A stretch of 63,889 bases of DNA, counting the filler, from Hyphochytrium catenoides (lineage: Eukaryota; Protista; Hyphochytriomycota): NCBI GenBank assembly GCA_900088475.1. It is 7 parts of 7 records of this genome, joined end to end, with 100 filler letters (N's around TTAATTAATTAA, not from the genome) between each part and the next. Parts side by side here need not be neighbours in the genome. Positions count along the whole stretch, not along the records: positions 31,630 to 53,068 come from FLMG01001284.1; positions 53,169 to 54,481 come from FLMG01001338.1; positions 54,582 to 61,240 come from FLMG01000077.1; 4 more parts are not named here. One strand, written 5' to 3'. This document shows positions 40,157 through 56,908 of the stretch, piece after piece. The notes under the pieces are model-generated. The model had not been told where the DNA came from. It searched no databases and saw only the letters and a program-made list of their open reading frames with translations. Position numbers and translations under genes: made by a program. How positions within the stretch are numbered: the stretch's first letter is position 1; each line of letters opens with the position of its first letter.

Positions 40157-41024
40157 CCATGTTATGAAGAGGTCGGTCTCGACCTGGAAGAAGTAGCGAG
40201 AAGAATGGAGGGCGCTATGCGTCGTCTTCTCGATGGTCCAGGTTCATGATGGCAGACTTTCTGTTGACAAGTAGCCCCTTTTTCTAAAAACCTTCATTAT
40301 AAAGATGATTTAAAGCTCTATTCTCCTCTTCTTCTATCCTTGCACTTTCTCCACGTCAAACTTGTCTTCCTCCTCCGCCGTTCCCGCCTTTATGGATGTG
40401 GATCTCTGCTTTATATTACTGGCTGATGAGAGCTTCCTGAGGCGGTTCCCTATTCTTCTTCTCCATTGCAGGGACATCTGTAGCAGCTGCCGCCTCTCTG
40501 CCCTTTGCATGTCGTCGCGGCGGGGTCGTCGTCTTCTGACTGATAATGTGAAGTGCTATGAGTGCGCCGCAATCTTCGTTGCCGCTTGGGCTGCGGTTAG
40601 TCGAACTCGATACCTCCCACGAGCTAGGGGATAGCTTCATAAAGTGGAAGAGACGCGCGGAGAGAAGAAACGATAAACGAAATGATCTTCTTCTTCTTGT
40701 TGTTGTTAGATGACAGAGGGAAAGGACGATGATACATCTAGCAAGAAGAAGGAACCATGTGCACTGGCAACTAGCAGGCAGAGAGTCATAACAGTATTGC
40801 TGATAATAATAATGACGGAAGCGGAGGCAAGCAACATATCTCAAGAGCAGCAGGGACTGGCAGTATGAGAAGAAGCCATCTTGATTGACTGTACTAGTCA
40901 AGGGTTGCTGCTGCGGCTGCTGCGCGGCGGCCGCGGCACTAACTCTACCTCTCCACTAAAAGGTAAATAATCGAAAGGTGTCTATTGTGACTCAAAGAAG
41001 AGGTTTGAGAGTGAGCGTTAGCGT

Positions 41025-41366
41025 TTGTTGAACCCTTTCATAAGTTTAGCTGCGTTCGTTCATGATAAAGCATGTACTTGTATGAGGGATCATCTTGGAT
41101 ATCGTGGAACAAAGTCTGGAGGTAGTAAGAGGAGCCTTTGTGCTGTGTGCTACGCTACTTGGGGAATCAGCTCCAAAACCACCTTCCAGTGTAACATCGG
41201 CAAAGTCAAACTCTGCAAGAAGCAGAGATCAACAGACGGGAAAGACTGTTTTACCAGGTCTCACTTTAAACTCAGCGGTAGGAGGGCCTTCATGAAGCAT
41301 AAAATCAAAGAAGATGATCCCAACCTCACGATGCCGGAAGCCTCATGCATGCTTCAACAGAGCTAA
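41025..41366 (+). mobile_element. Relic of a piggyBac-like transposase C-terminal Cys-rich domain
   Basis: H...RSLCAVC...KTTFQCNIGKVKLC...KDCFTRSH matches the piggyBac C-terminal pattern CxxC..T.F.CxxC.V.LC..CF...H with one Cys lost. No DDD core or TTAA/TIR found. Confidence 0.6.
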
Positions 41367-42445
41367 GAAGCGCATTCGTAGATGGTGAAAATTTGGACGC
41401 CCATTACTGCGGGAGAGCCGCCTGCAAGCGAGCTTGTGGTGAGCGCAAGTCCTAGGCCAGCAGAAGACACACAGAAAGAACACTGGAAGCCGTCACCCAC
41501 GGAGATTGCAGATTTTTCCAGATGAGCAGCAAAAAGATTAGAGAAGGAGGACTGACGCAGCTTCCCATCGGGCCAAAATCTTTGTCTGTTGAAGAAAGAG
41601 AAAACGGCTACCTCAGATCTAACCGCTCAGTCTATTTTCGTGACAGGGATAGCAAGCCTTTTTGTATGCCGGTAGCTAACTAGGTTATTTCCGGGTTCAT
41701 GGTACCATGTCATGTATCCGTTGCTGCTACTGCTAGACAGAGATAGAGACAGAGAGGGAGAGAGAGAGAGAGAGAGTTTTAATAGAGAGACAGAGTAACA
41801 GACAGAGAAGAACAAGAGGGTAACAGAGACACACTACCAGAGACAGAGAGAGAAAAGAGAAAAGAGAGAGAGAGAGACAGAGAGAGAGACACAGAGAGAG
41901 ACAGAGAGAGAGAGACAGAGAGAGAAAGGAGANNNNNNNNNNNNNNNNNNNNNNNNNNNNNNNNNNNNNNNNNNNNNNNNNNNNNNNNAGAGAAAGAGAG
42001 AAAGAGAGAGAGAGAAAGAGAGACCGCGGGGAGTCAGACCGATGTTAGTGTACGGAGGAAAGAGATACGAGGAGAGGTTGGTTGGAGTCAGAGGGCAACG
42101 GGAAGACCCAGCAGCGGTGGAGAAGGACGAAGGGGCAAGGGATAACTCACAGCGCCGGACACACGCGATCAGAAGAGAGAAGGAGGTGAAGGCCGTGGCG
42201 CAGCAGGAAGTGAAGCAAGCAGAAGAGCCCCTGTATCCTGGGTCAGAGCTGGCGAGCTATCGCTGACGTCCCGTCCACACCTAACCTCGAGAAGCAGAAG
42301 AGCCGTTGAGCACCAGAATGCAGGGATACTCTCGCCACTGAAGACAGAGTGGCCGAGCAAAAGAGAGAAAGAGAGAAAGAGAGACAGAGACAGAGGGGAG
42401 AGAGAGAGAGAGAGAGTTTTCTAAAGTCACAGCCAAAAGACAGCG

Positions 42446-45307
42446 ATGACATCAAAAGACACCGCCAACGGGACACCAAGAGCGACGCTGCTGAAACGAG
42501 ACAGTGCGAAGAGAGTGAGTATCGTGCAGTCTATTCTCCTCTACTTCTTCTCTTCTTGGAACTCCATTCATGTTCCCTTACGCCTTCTCCACTGACCTCT
42601 CCGGGCGTACATCCTGCTCTGCTAGTTCCTCTCTTTCTTTAATCTGGTTGGCGTTTCTTTCTCTCCCTCTCTTCTTGCCTGAGGTGCTTCAATCGCTCTT
42701 TCATCTAGTCTTTCAAGTTGTCGTCAGTGATTGTTACACTACCTCTCTTTCTCTCTCTTTTCTCTTGCCTCTCTGTTTCTTCTCTCTTCCTTCTCTAACA
42801 TGGTTGGACCCCATCTCTTCACTTTCTACTTCATCACTTTCCTCTCTCTCTCCCTTCTTTCGCTCCTCTGTCTGTCTGTCTCTCTTCCTCCCTCCCCCTC
42901 CCCTTTCCTCCCTTTCCTTCTCTTTTATCTCTCTCCTGCGTGCGCTTGTCTCCCCTCTTCCTTCTCCCCCCAATCGCCCTGTCTGTCTCTCTCTCTCTCT
43001 TTCTTTCTCTCTCCCCGTTGTGTCTCTCTCTCTTTCAGGTGGATTCTCTTCTCCAGCACCAGTTTGAGATCATTGATCGGTCAGGACAGGGAGAGATTGA
43101 TGCGCTCGACCTGCAGGATGGACTCCGAAAGTTGGGACTTCGCTTGTCCCTCGCTGAGACCACGGCGCTGTTGAACCGCATAGATAAGGATAAGAACGGG
43201 AAGCTGTCAATGGAAGATTTCCGGAGTTTGCACGAGGAGTTCATCCACCAGGTTTTTGAGAGCTTTGACACTGATAAGTCAGGGTACATTGACTCTGACG
43301 AGCTGCAGGTAGGGAGTCATGGGTTCTACGGCGTCGTCTCTTCTCGCTTTCTCAAAAGTCCCTCTCTTTCTCACCGTGCTGCCAGTCTGTCTCTTCTTGC
43401 TCTCTCTTCTTCTCATAACTTATTCGAGGTGCTCACTTCTCTAGATAACATAGCACACCTTATCTCTCTCCTTGTAGCCTCTGCAATTAGCGTGACGCCG
43501 CATGCTCTTTGGCTTCTTTCTCTCTGTGGAGCATCTCTTTGTGTGAGGCCATGAACATCGCAACCCCACCTTTTCCTTCCTTCGTGGTCTCTGACTTGCC
43601 TTCAATGGCTTCATCTCGCTCCACTTTTCTATCCTCGTTCTTCTCTGTCCATTGCTTCCCATGTTAACTCTTCTCTCTTCCCTCCTGATGACATTCTTTA
43701 TACCAGGTCGCGCTAAAGAAGATGGGAATTGCCGTCTCCCGCTCTGAGGCCCAGCGGATGATTGATGTTATTGACACAAAGAATGATAGTCAGCTCGATA
43801 TTTATGAGTTCAGAGATCTGTACATCCTTCTCAGATCGAAGATGAGCCAGAATAGGATTCAGCAGTTTCTATGGGATCCGGACGTGAGAGAGCTCCTCTC
43901 AGAGTGGATCAACTCTTCAAAAACGGTAGATATAGGAGAAGCAGGTCTCGCGGCGCCACTCCCTCCCTCGTCTCGTGCGTCGAAGAGGACAGAAGACTCC
44001 GCATCTCTTCGTATGATTGCAGGCATGGTCTCAGGCGTCATAGAAGCTCTTCTCCTCACACCTCTCGATGTCACCAAGACCCGTCTTCAACTGGACAGGC
44101 AAGGAAGGTACAGAGGGATGATCCATTGCGGAAAGGAGCTCTTTCTCTCGGAAGGTGTCAAAGGTCTATACAAGGGCTTCACCCCGTGGACAACGCACGT
44201 AGTTCTGAAGAATGGGACGCGCTATAGCTTCAACGCTATGTTTAAACGCCTTTTGTCAGACTCCAACGGCCAAGTAAATGGGACGAGAGAGTTTATTGCG
44301 GGAGGTCTTGCGGGTGTAAGTGAGGCATTCCTCATTGTGACCCCGTTTGAGGTCATCAAGACGAGAATGCAGGCAGAAGATAAGAAGGTTGGAGGAGAGA
44401 GAAAGTACCGCTCTTCTTTCTCGACTGTTACAGCGATTATGAGGAATGAAGGAGTGGCTGGCTTCTGGAAAGGTAAGCTGTGGGAAGGCGTGGGCCCATG
44501 GAGTTTCCTTTCATTTTGCCTTCTCCTTTCCCGACGTCCAGGTCATGCCACTCTCCCTCTCTTTTCCATTGTCTCTCTCTCCACTCCTCTTTCTCTTCTT
44601 TACTCATGCAATTTCTCTTATCACTATCAAACAATTTTTCCATCCTTGCTCACCTCGCTTGCATGGGCTTCACAGGCGTGACTCCTACGATGGCTCGTCA
44701 AGGGCTGAACCAAGCTTGCAGCTTCTGGGCTAACAATTATATCAAGAAGAATGTGTGGTCGCTGAAAGAGGGAGAATCCTTGCCAGTGTGGAAGAGTGCG
44801 CTCACAGGGATGATTGGCGCTGTTCCTGGTCCACTGATCAATAACCCAGCCGATGTGATCAAGAGCAGGTTCGGCTCTGCTTCTCTCTCTCTAACTTACT
44901 CTCCCTCTGCCTCAAGTATCTCGTTCTTAGGACCGCTCATCTAGCGCGTCATTTCTCTCTGACTTTCGGTAGAAAGTTTGTCTCTTCGTTTCTCTCGCCG
45001 ACGTCCGCCCCTTTCCTTGCTTGCTCACCTATGTCATCCAACACCTCTTCTCTCTCTCCTTCTCTCTCCCTCTTCGCTGCCTTTGTTATCGCGAACTTCT
45101 CTACGTAGACTGATGGCGCAAGAGAAGGGAGGGGCGGAAGCCAAGTACCGTGGCTTTGGGCATGCGTTCTCGCTTATCGTCAAGGAGGAGGGAGTGGGCG
45201 CTCTTTATAAGGGAATTGTCCCCAGGCTGATGAGGCTCTGTCCCTCTTATGGCATCCAATGGATGGTGATAGATCAGTTCGTTGCAGTCTTTGGGAAGAA
45301 ACAGTGA
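42446..45307 (+). CDS. Mitochondrial carrier (SLC25/MCF) with four N-terminal EF-hands and an SFC1/citrate-carrier-type transport domain; 5 exons
   Basis: Exon 1 MTSKDTANGTPRATLLKRDSAKR|GTGAGT. EF loops DRSGQGEIDALD, DKDKNGKLSMED, DTDKSGYIDSDE, DTKNDSQLDIYE. Three Px[DE]xx[KR] signatures: PLDVTKTR, PFEVIKTR, PADVIKSR. Ends VFGKKQ*. Confidence 0.92.
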
Positions 45308-45811
45308 GAGCGGCAGAGAGAGAGAAAGAGAGAGACATTCTGACCGGGGACTGGGAGGGGGAAGGAGGAAAAACATAACGAAAAGTAGTAGTGTGTCATA
45401 TTGTTATTAAGCGACGGTGGATCATCTTGTGACCCCTTCCTGGAGCTGCCGCACTAGGGCAAGGAGAGACTACTCTTTGAAAAAGGAGGGTAGTTGCCGT
45501 GCTGACCGCTCTCCCAATGCCTAACATATCGGAGAGGGAGGACGTTCTATAGCTACTCAGTTTGGGGACTGAGACGTTATCGCATCTGCTGCCTCAAACA
45601 TAAAAGCGGCTGCTCAACTAGTGAGCCTCTTTTCCACGAAGGATTTGCCTTGAGTGGGGTCCAGAAGCTGCGTATGATGTCTCTTTCAAAGGGTTTGGGT
45701 GGCTAGAGTCTTACTCGCTCTCCTTCCATTGGCCTCACTCTTCTTCTCTATTCTGCTGTCTCGCTCTTTCTCTCTCTCTCTCCGCTCTAGCTCCCTTTCT
45801 CTCTCCCCTAT

Positions 45812-46343
45812 TGTAAGGGATTGTACGAGTACAAGTACAGTGGGAGTAGCCTAGACCTCCCCCTGGAGCCATGGAGTGACTCAGGTCATCGAGTAGTGGT
45901 GGCTTGGGGCAGCGCGCTACTGATAATAAAGATCAATATCATCATCGAGGCTGGCTACGTTGCTAGATTAACTTTACTTCGCGCTCAAATGTGCGCCCAC
46001 AAAGCTTACCCACGGTGCGTATGAATGTAGTGTTAATATATAGTTAATTCTTGACAATTCTTGAAAGCGCACTTGCCGGAGCGGATACGGAGTTACAAAC
46101 TCGCACCTCCATCCAGAACTACTATAGATGTGTGCTTATGTTGCCCATCCCATTATCAGCAATTTGTTATAGGATACAGTCTCCTTCTTCTCTCTCTCCT
46201 CTTTTCTGGCAAGAATTTGCAGTTCACCCATTACCCTAGGCAAGAATTGGTTGCCCATCAACAACAAACTCTGGCAGACAATCCCGGACAATCCCTCTCC
46301 CCCACTAGTCCCCCACTACTGGCATGGCTCCAGGAGGAGGTCT
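45812..46343. mobile_element. Possible LTR-retrotransposon end relics in opposite orientations
   Basis: TGTAAGGGATTGT starts at 45812 (+). On the minus strand a purine tract GGGGGAGAGGGA (46303-46292) lies just before the similar TGTCCGGGATTGT (from 46290). A 21-bp inverted repeat with 1 mismatch lies at 45853-45873 / 46323-46343. No TSD found. Confidence 0.3.
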
Positions 46344-46646
46344 GCACATGTGATCCGTTACCGAAGGCCGTTACCGCCTGGCCCAGCACTCGCCCAAGAT
46401 CGAGAGACCAAGCCATCAGCCCTTTTTCCCATTGTGGGCTGCGAAACATTCGTGAAGGAAGTATTTCAGACTCTCTGAATATAATAGGGGAAAAGCTATG
46501 TAAACATCCCTGAGCAATGAATCTTTCACGGGGTGGTTGACAGAAAGAGGGGCAATTTTTTATACAGAACGAGCTGTGAGGCTGCAGAGAGGGAGAGCAG
46601 GATAGACCAAGAGACCAGACAGAGAGAGAGAAAGAGAGAGGGAGAG

Positions 46647-46699
<53 letters not shown>

Positions 46700-47318
46700 A
46701 CAGAGACAGAGACAGAGACAGAGAGAGAGAGAGAGAGACAGAGAGAGAGAGAGAGGAAGAAAGAGACGAGAGACGAGATACGAGAGAAAGTACGCACTAG
46801 AAGATGATCGATATGGTACAAGTGTAGAAAGGAAGCAGAGGCGACTGGGTTGACACTGTCAGGCATGAAAGGAAAAGGAAAGCGAGAAAGCAGCCCTGTG
46901 GAGAAGAGAGAGACAAGAAGATAGAGACGGAGCGTGCAGGGAAACAGAGGGAGAGACAGAGACAGAGAGAGAGAGAGAAGAGATGATGATGATGTTAAAC
47001 AGTTCAGAGGCACACTGTCATCACGTCATCACCAAGTACAGCTCTGCCTTTCTTTGGTGAGGGGGTCGATGCGAATGAAACAACAGCGCCTTTTCTCTTC
47101 TCCAAAGATCTCTCTCTTTCTCTCTCTCTTGCCGTTTCCTGCCTTCATAATGCTGGACACACTGGCTATCGCCTTTCGTTACTAGAGATAGGAAGAGCTT
47201 CAGTCAAGGACTGTCATCGTCTCGCTGTCTCCACTCCTGAGAGGCGACGCGCCGGTATCTGCGGCCGTCGCCATCTCTAATAAAGAAAGAGAGAGAGGAC
47301 ATAGGAAAGGAGAGAGAC

Positions 47319-47354
<36 letters not shown>

Positions 47355-47565
47355 GAGAGAAGAGAAAGACAGACAGAGTTGAGCACTCCGTTATAAAAGG
47401 AGAGGTGTCCTTTTGCCCGAAGGAGAAGGAGTAGAGCCTACTCAGGGACAGTACATGGAAGAAGAAGAGGATTAGAAGACGGAGAGAGAGACCAGAGGGA
47501 TCAGTTCAAAGGAGAGACCAGAAAGAAGAGAGAGGCAACGCCAACGGGGAAAGAAAGAAGTAGCA

Positions 47566-52256
<4,691 letters not shown>

Positions 52257-53068
52257 CCGGACAATCAACTTATTTATCAGAAGAGACAGGCTAGCGACCT
52301 TGTATCCTCTAACGTATCGACGCTTCTCTTCTCTCTTCCTTCGTCGGCTCAATGCTATGGCTAAAAGGAACCTCCGCGTCGGCTAGGTTACTATGTACAA
52401 TATCGGCGGCTTGTCTGTTTCCCTCATTCTTTTTCAGACGGTACGACGGAGCATTGAGCCTAATGATAGATCTATGACTAATACGACATCTGTGCAAGAC
52501 CAGTGTCTCAAGCCTGTTCCGTCTTTGTCTCTCTCTTATGGCCTCCCCTTATATCTCTCTCGAATACGTACACACTCTCTGTCTCATACTCTCTCTCTCT
52601 CTCTCTCTTCTGGCCGTCTATCATTTCCATCCTTGCCATCGCATCTCATAGTACATCTCTGGGTAAATGTTGAGGTCTTTATTTAGTTTACTGTGCGCCC
52701 AGCCCTTCTACGTAGCACTTGAGATGAGATTCAAGCTTGGCCATTTCATGGACCTTCCTGCTCCTAATATCCTTGTCCTTCTCTTCGGCTTCGTCATTCT
52801 TCTCGTAAGACCTTTGCCCTCAAGCCATAAACTTGGTCTAGCTTCATGCGCAGACAGATGATAGAGAGAGATCCCGTCGAGATGCCCACATGATCGGGCC
52901 CCCGTCCCACAGGCGCAAAGGACAGCCCAGGTTGGATGGCTGCAGATGGTTGTACATACTTCTTCTTTTATGATGGTGTTGGGATCGTGGCTAGCAGATT
53001 GCTCAATTAGGAGAGGAGACGCACTGTAGGAATATGAGCTGCTTTATCCCCATGTGGGGGGCACAGGT

Positions 53069-53168
53069 NNNNNNNNNNNNNNNNNNNNNNNNNNNNNNNN
53101 NNNNNNNNNNNNTTAATTAATTAANNNNNNNNNNNNNNNNNNNNNNNNNNNNNNNNNNNNNNNNNNNN
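53069..53168. other. Artificial contig-joining spacer
   Basis: N-TTAATTAATTAA-N, 100 nt. Confidence 0.97.
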
Positions 53169-53552
53169 AGAGGAGTATATGGTACTACTACACGGAGTAT
53201 TCACATATAACAGACACCCTTACGAGATCTCTTGAGGAGTTTCTTAGAGGTGAGTAACTTTCTACTCTTTCTTCATAAAAATTTTGAGCTCCATTCGTAG
53301 TACTTCTTGAGCTCGGTTTTCATTGCCCGTCAGCACTTCTTGAAACCATTCTGCGCCTGAGAGGGGAGAGGTGCGCTTCGGTGTCTTCACCATAAACTTC
53401 TCATAGTGATTGCAAGCCGCAGCCAGCATGCAGAAGATCACAATGTCATCCAAGAGGTCATCTTTTGATTCTTCGTCTCGTTCCTTCCTCAACACTTTGA
53501 TAATAATCTGCATGGGGACATGAGGACATGGTAATGAGATCATCCTTCTCAA
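53169..53552 (-). mobile_element. PIF/Harbinger-type transposase N-terminal fragment (disrupted)
   Basis: KTPKRTSPLSGAEWFQEVLTGNENRAQEVLRMELKIF matches the K.P.RTS.L.G..W..E.L.G...R.....RM....F motif upstream of PIF/Harbinger DDE nucleases. In-frame stop at 53262; truncated by the contig end. Confidence 0.7.
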
Positions 53553-54481
53553 TCACTACCTAACTTATTATCTCATCATCAGTAGTGACTTGCAAACAAA
53601 TCTCTTCTTCTTCTTGCCCTGCTCCATACCATTATCATCATCTCTTCCTCGTGATAACGATGACGGCATCATGCTGCTGCTCGCTGCGTGCTGCTCTACT
53701 ACGAACAGGCAGATACTTCTTCGTTTCTCCCTAAATTTAATAGAAGGCTAGAAGGCAGACTCTACTTCCCATGAGGTCAGCCCCGCTCCTCCTCTTCTCG
53801 TCCTACCACCTCTTTCTCCTCGTGATTTGGCAATGATGATGATGGCGAAAAGAGATGGCGAAGGGAGAACGAAAAGCTATTTTATTGCTTGTTCTCATCA
53901 CTCATCACGGCGATGAGCTAGAGTGAGATGAAATTTTCAACCGATCACTTGCCGTTAGCGACATCGAGCTCCTCCTCCTTCTCACAGCTCTTGTGAATCC
54001 AAACACGATGAGAGTTTCCAAGGTATTCCCAATAAAGGGGTATTATAGAATATTCGCCCATTATTCCATAAAAATTGAAAATGGAATATTGCTCCAATAT
54101 AGGGAAAAGTCCCTTGCCGGAATCCAGACGCGCCCTAAAAAGAAGAAGAAAGAGAAAAAGAAGAAGAGGAAGAAGAAGAGAAGAAAAGCTAACTAAGAAG
54201 AAGCTTTAGGCTCTTCCATCATCTCAGCTCGAACCTGCTCCCTGATCATCATCAGTAAAAGAAGAATCATAGTGGATCTCCTCAGTAATGATGAGCGGAG
54301 AAGAAGGAGGAGGAGGAGGTGAACCATCAGCAAGCATGGCATCATCATCAACCAAGGCATCACCAGCAACCAACCTGTCAACACCGTCGAGCTCAGCCGT
54401 CGCGAGAAGACAAGCAAGAGAATGGTCCAGCTGTTCAGGAGGAACGCGCTTCAAAATTTGAAGTGCATTTTCTTCGTGAAT

Positions 54482-54581
54482 NNNNNNNNNNNNNNNNNNN
54501 NNNNNNNNNNNNNNNNNNNNNNNNNTTAATTAATTAANNNNNNNNNNNNNNNNNNNNNNNNNNNNNNNNNNNNNNNNNNNN
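54482..54581. other. Artificial contig-joining spacer
   Basis: N-TTAATTAATTAA-N, 100 nt. Confidence 0.97.
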
Positions 54582-55435
54582 CTCTCTCTTTCTCTCTCTC
54601 TTACTCCCTCTCTCTCTCTTTCTCTCTCTCTTACTCCCTCTCTCTCTCACTCTCACTCTCTCTTTATAACGCTGCCCCTTCACAAGCCTTATTGTTCTAT
54701 GCTTGGAACTATGTGTGGCTCTTGGATCTTTTCAAAGTCTTATCGTAGAAGAGAGGGAAGCCGGGGAGAGAACAAGTCAGAGAAGCGGAACATCCTGAAT
54801 ATCCTTTGCCGCGGAAGTTGAAGAGAGTCGAAGAATTACATCTCCGGACATCACACACACAGAGAGAGAGAGGAGAGAGGAGAGAGAGAGGGGAAAAAGA
54901 AAAGAGAGAGAGAGAGACACTGGGAGGCTGATATATCGAGAGGGAGAGTCTACCAACACGAGAGAATAGCAGCAGGAGAGTTCATCGGCGAAGGAGAGAA
55001 ACGAGCGGAGAAGGTGGGTGGCTGGCCTTTCCCTATCATCACTGGAGACCGGTTGTCACGTGGTGGTCGGTGTTTGGCCCCTAGAAAAGAGAAACACTGA
55101 AAGATGAAGTGAGAGAGAAAAAGAGGAGACAGAGACGAGGGCAAGGTGAAAGACAACCGGATTGCCTGTCTTACCGCTCTTGACTCTCTCCTGCACAGGA
55201 GCCGCTTTTACGCTCAGCGCCTGACCCTCGTTGCCCTCACAATCTCTGCCGGCGCTGAGGGCCACACGGGAGAGAAAAAAGGGGGGAGAGAAGCCGCAGT
55301 TGAGGAATTAGAGGAGTGAAGGAGAGAAACCGGAAGATCCAGTCTCTGCTGCTTCACTCACGAGCTCTCTCTACACCCGCGGCCACAGTTAGTGTCTGAG
55401 GGGCATTGTCCCCTCAATCTCCCTCACTCAGCACT

Positions 55436-56908
55436 ATGAATTGCCGCTCATCCCGGGCCTTTCCTGTTAGGGAGATAGAACTACGAGGTAAGGAGGACAG
55501 AGTCCCCGGCTTAGGGTTAGACAGCAGTGCCATTTCCTTGTCTGCCTCAGCTCCTGCTTCAACTACTTTTGACCTCTACCTTCCTTTTTTCTGTTGTTGT
55601 TAGGACGCTCTGCTTTCATCGTGCCCTATATCTTTCTCATCCAGACAAACTCTCTCTTTCCTGCAAACACTCTCTCCATCTTGGGCACATCTCTCTCGCT
55701 CCCTCTCTCTCTTCTCTGCATCCCCTTTGGTCATCTGCTGGACCCAATCCCTTCCCATGCCAGTCTATTTCTATAATCTGTTGTCTTCAAGCTAATGATG
55801 TGAACATCTTTTCCTACACCGTAGATCTGCCTGATCGCCTTTCAAGATCGCCTGAGGACGCAGAAACATGGACTCTTCTTGACGAAGAGGAAAGGTTACC
55901 GCCCAGTCTCTCCTGCGGCTGGTATCAAATCAAGGAAGCGCCACCAGTCTTAAGAGAACTGGTGATTTATTCACACAGCTCACGCAGCTCACGTCGCTCA
56001 CTTGCTTGTTTCGGTCTCCATATGGCACAAAGCTCAGCTCAATCTATTTCCAACCTCGGTCTATCTTTTCTCTCTTTCCCTCCTTCTTTCTATATACTCG
56101 TTCTTTAATTCTCAAACTCGTTCTCTGCCCATAGGCGTTCTTGGTGCTTCAGTGAGCCGCCACTCCTTACTCCTCCGAACACTAGGCAAACTTTCATCTT
56201 ATCCATCTTGTCTACTACTGCACACACCCGCTGCCTCCTTTACCGTTATTCACATCTTCACGTTTCGTTGTGATCTACGTCTCACGTTCTGCTCCGTCTT
56301 CCCTGCCCTAGCAACCTCAAGAGGACGATGTCGATTATTGGAAGAGGAGAGCTTTAGCGGCAGAGCAAAAGCTGAAAGAAAGAGAGGAGCTCAACAACAA
56401 CCAGTGTTGGAGACAGAGGAGTCGCGAGCAGGCTAACAACGAAAGAGATGACCCAATGAATCCATTTAACACAGAGAATGAAGCCCCCGTACGATTATCT
56501 CCTGCAGTATCCTATCTATAACGCGTCCTACTTGTGCTTCACTACTCGCTCTTCTCTCTTCCCCGTCAACAATATTCCCTTGCCAGTAACGCCAAAGTAG
56601 CTTAATTGCCTGGAGTTATCCTCACTGTTGTTGTTCAGCTTGCTAGTTGAGGTTTTGCCTTCTTCCTTCTGGTTCGTTCATAATGGTAGACCTCGCCTAA
56701 TCGCTCGTTGTACAGGGAAGAGTAAATCCCGAGGTGGACGATGGCAATGGAAGGGAATCATCTTCTGTTCCTCTTTCTCTCCAACTTTATCGCGATTTGG
56801 CAAACACCTTTCGCTCTATTTGCAATCGCTCCGAGCAGCTATCCCAGGAGTTGGAAGGCTCATCCAGGCACGAATCACATGCTTATCATAAGAGGTTCAC
56901 AAGCGAAG
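55436..56908 (+). CDS. Hypothetical spliced gene, possibly coiled-coil (exon chain and 3' end unresolved)
   Basis: Candidate exons with splice signals: MNCRSSRAFPVREIELR|GTAAGG; CCGTAG|DLPDRLSRSPEDAETWTLLDEEER; QPQEDDVDYWKRRALAAEQKLKERE; TACAG|GRVNPEVDDGNG...LYRDLANTFRSICNRSEQLSQELE...SE|GTCAGT. No family recognised. Confidence 0.35.
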
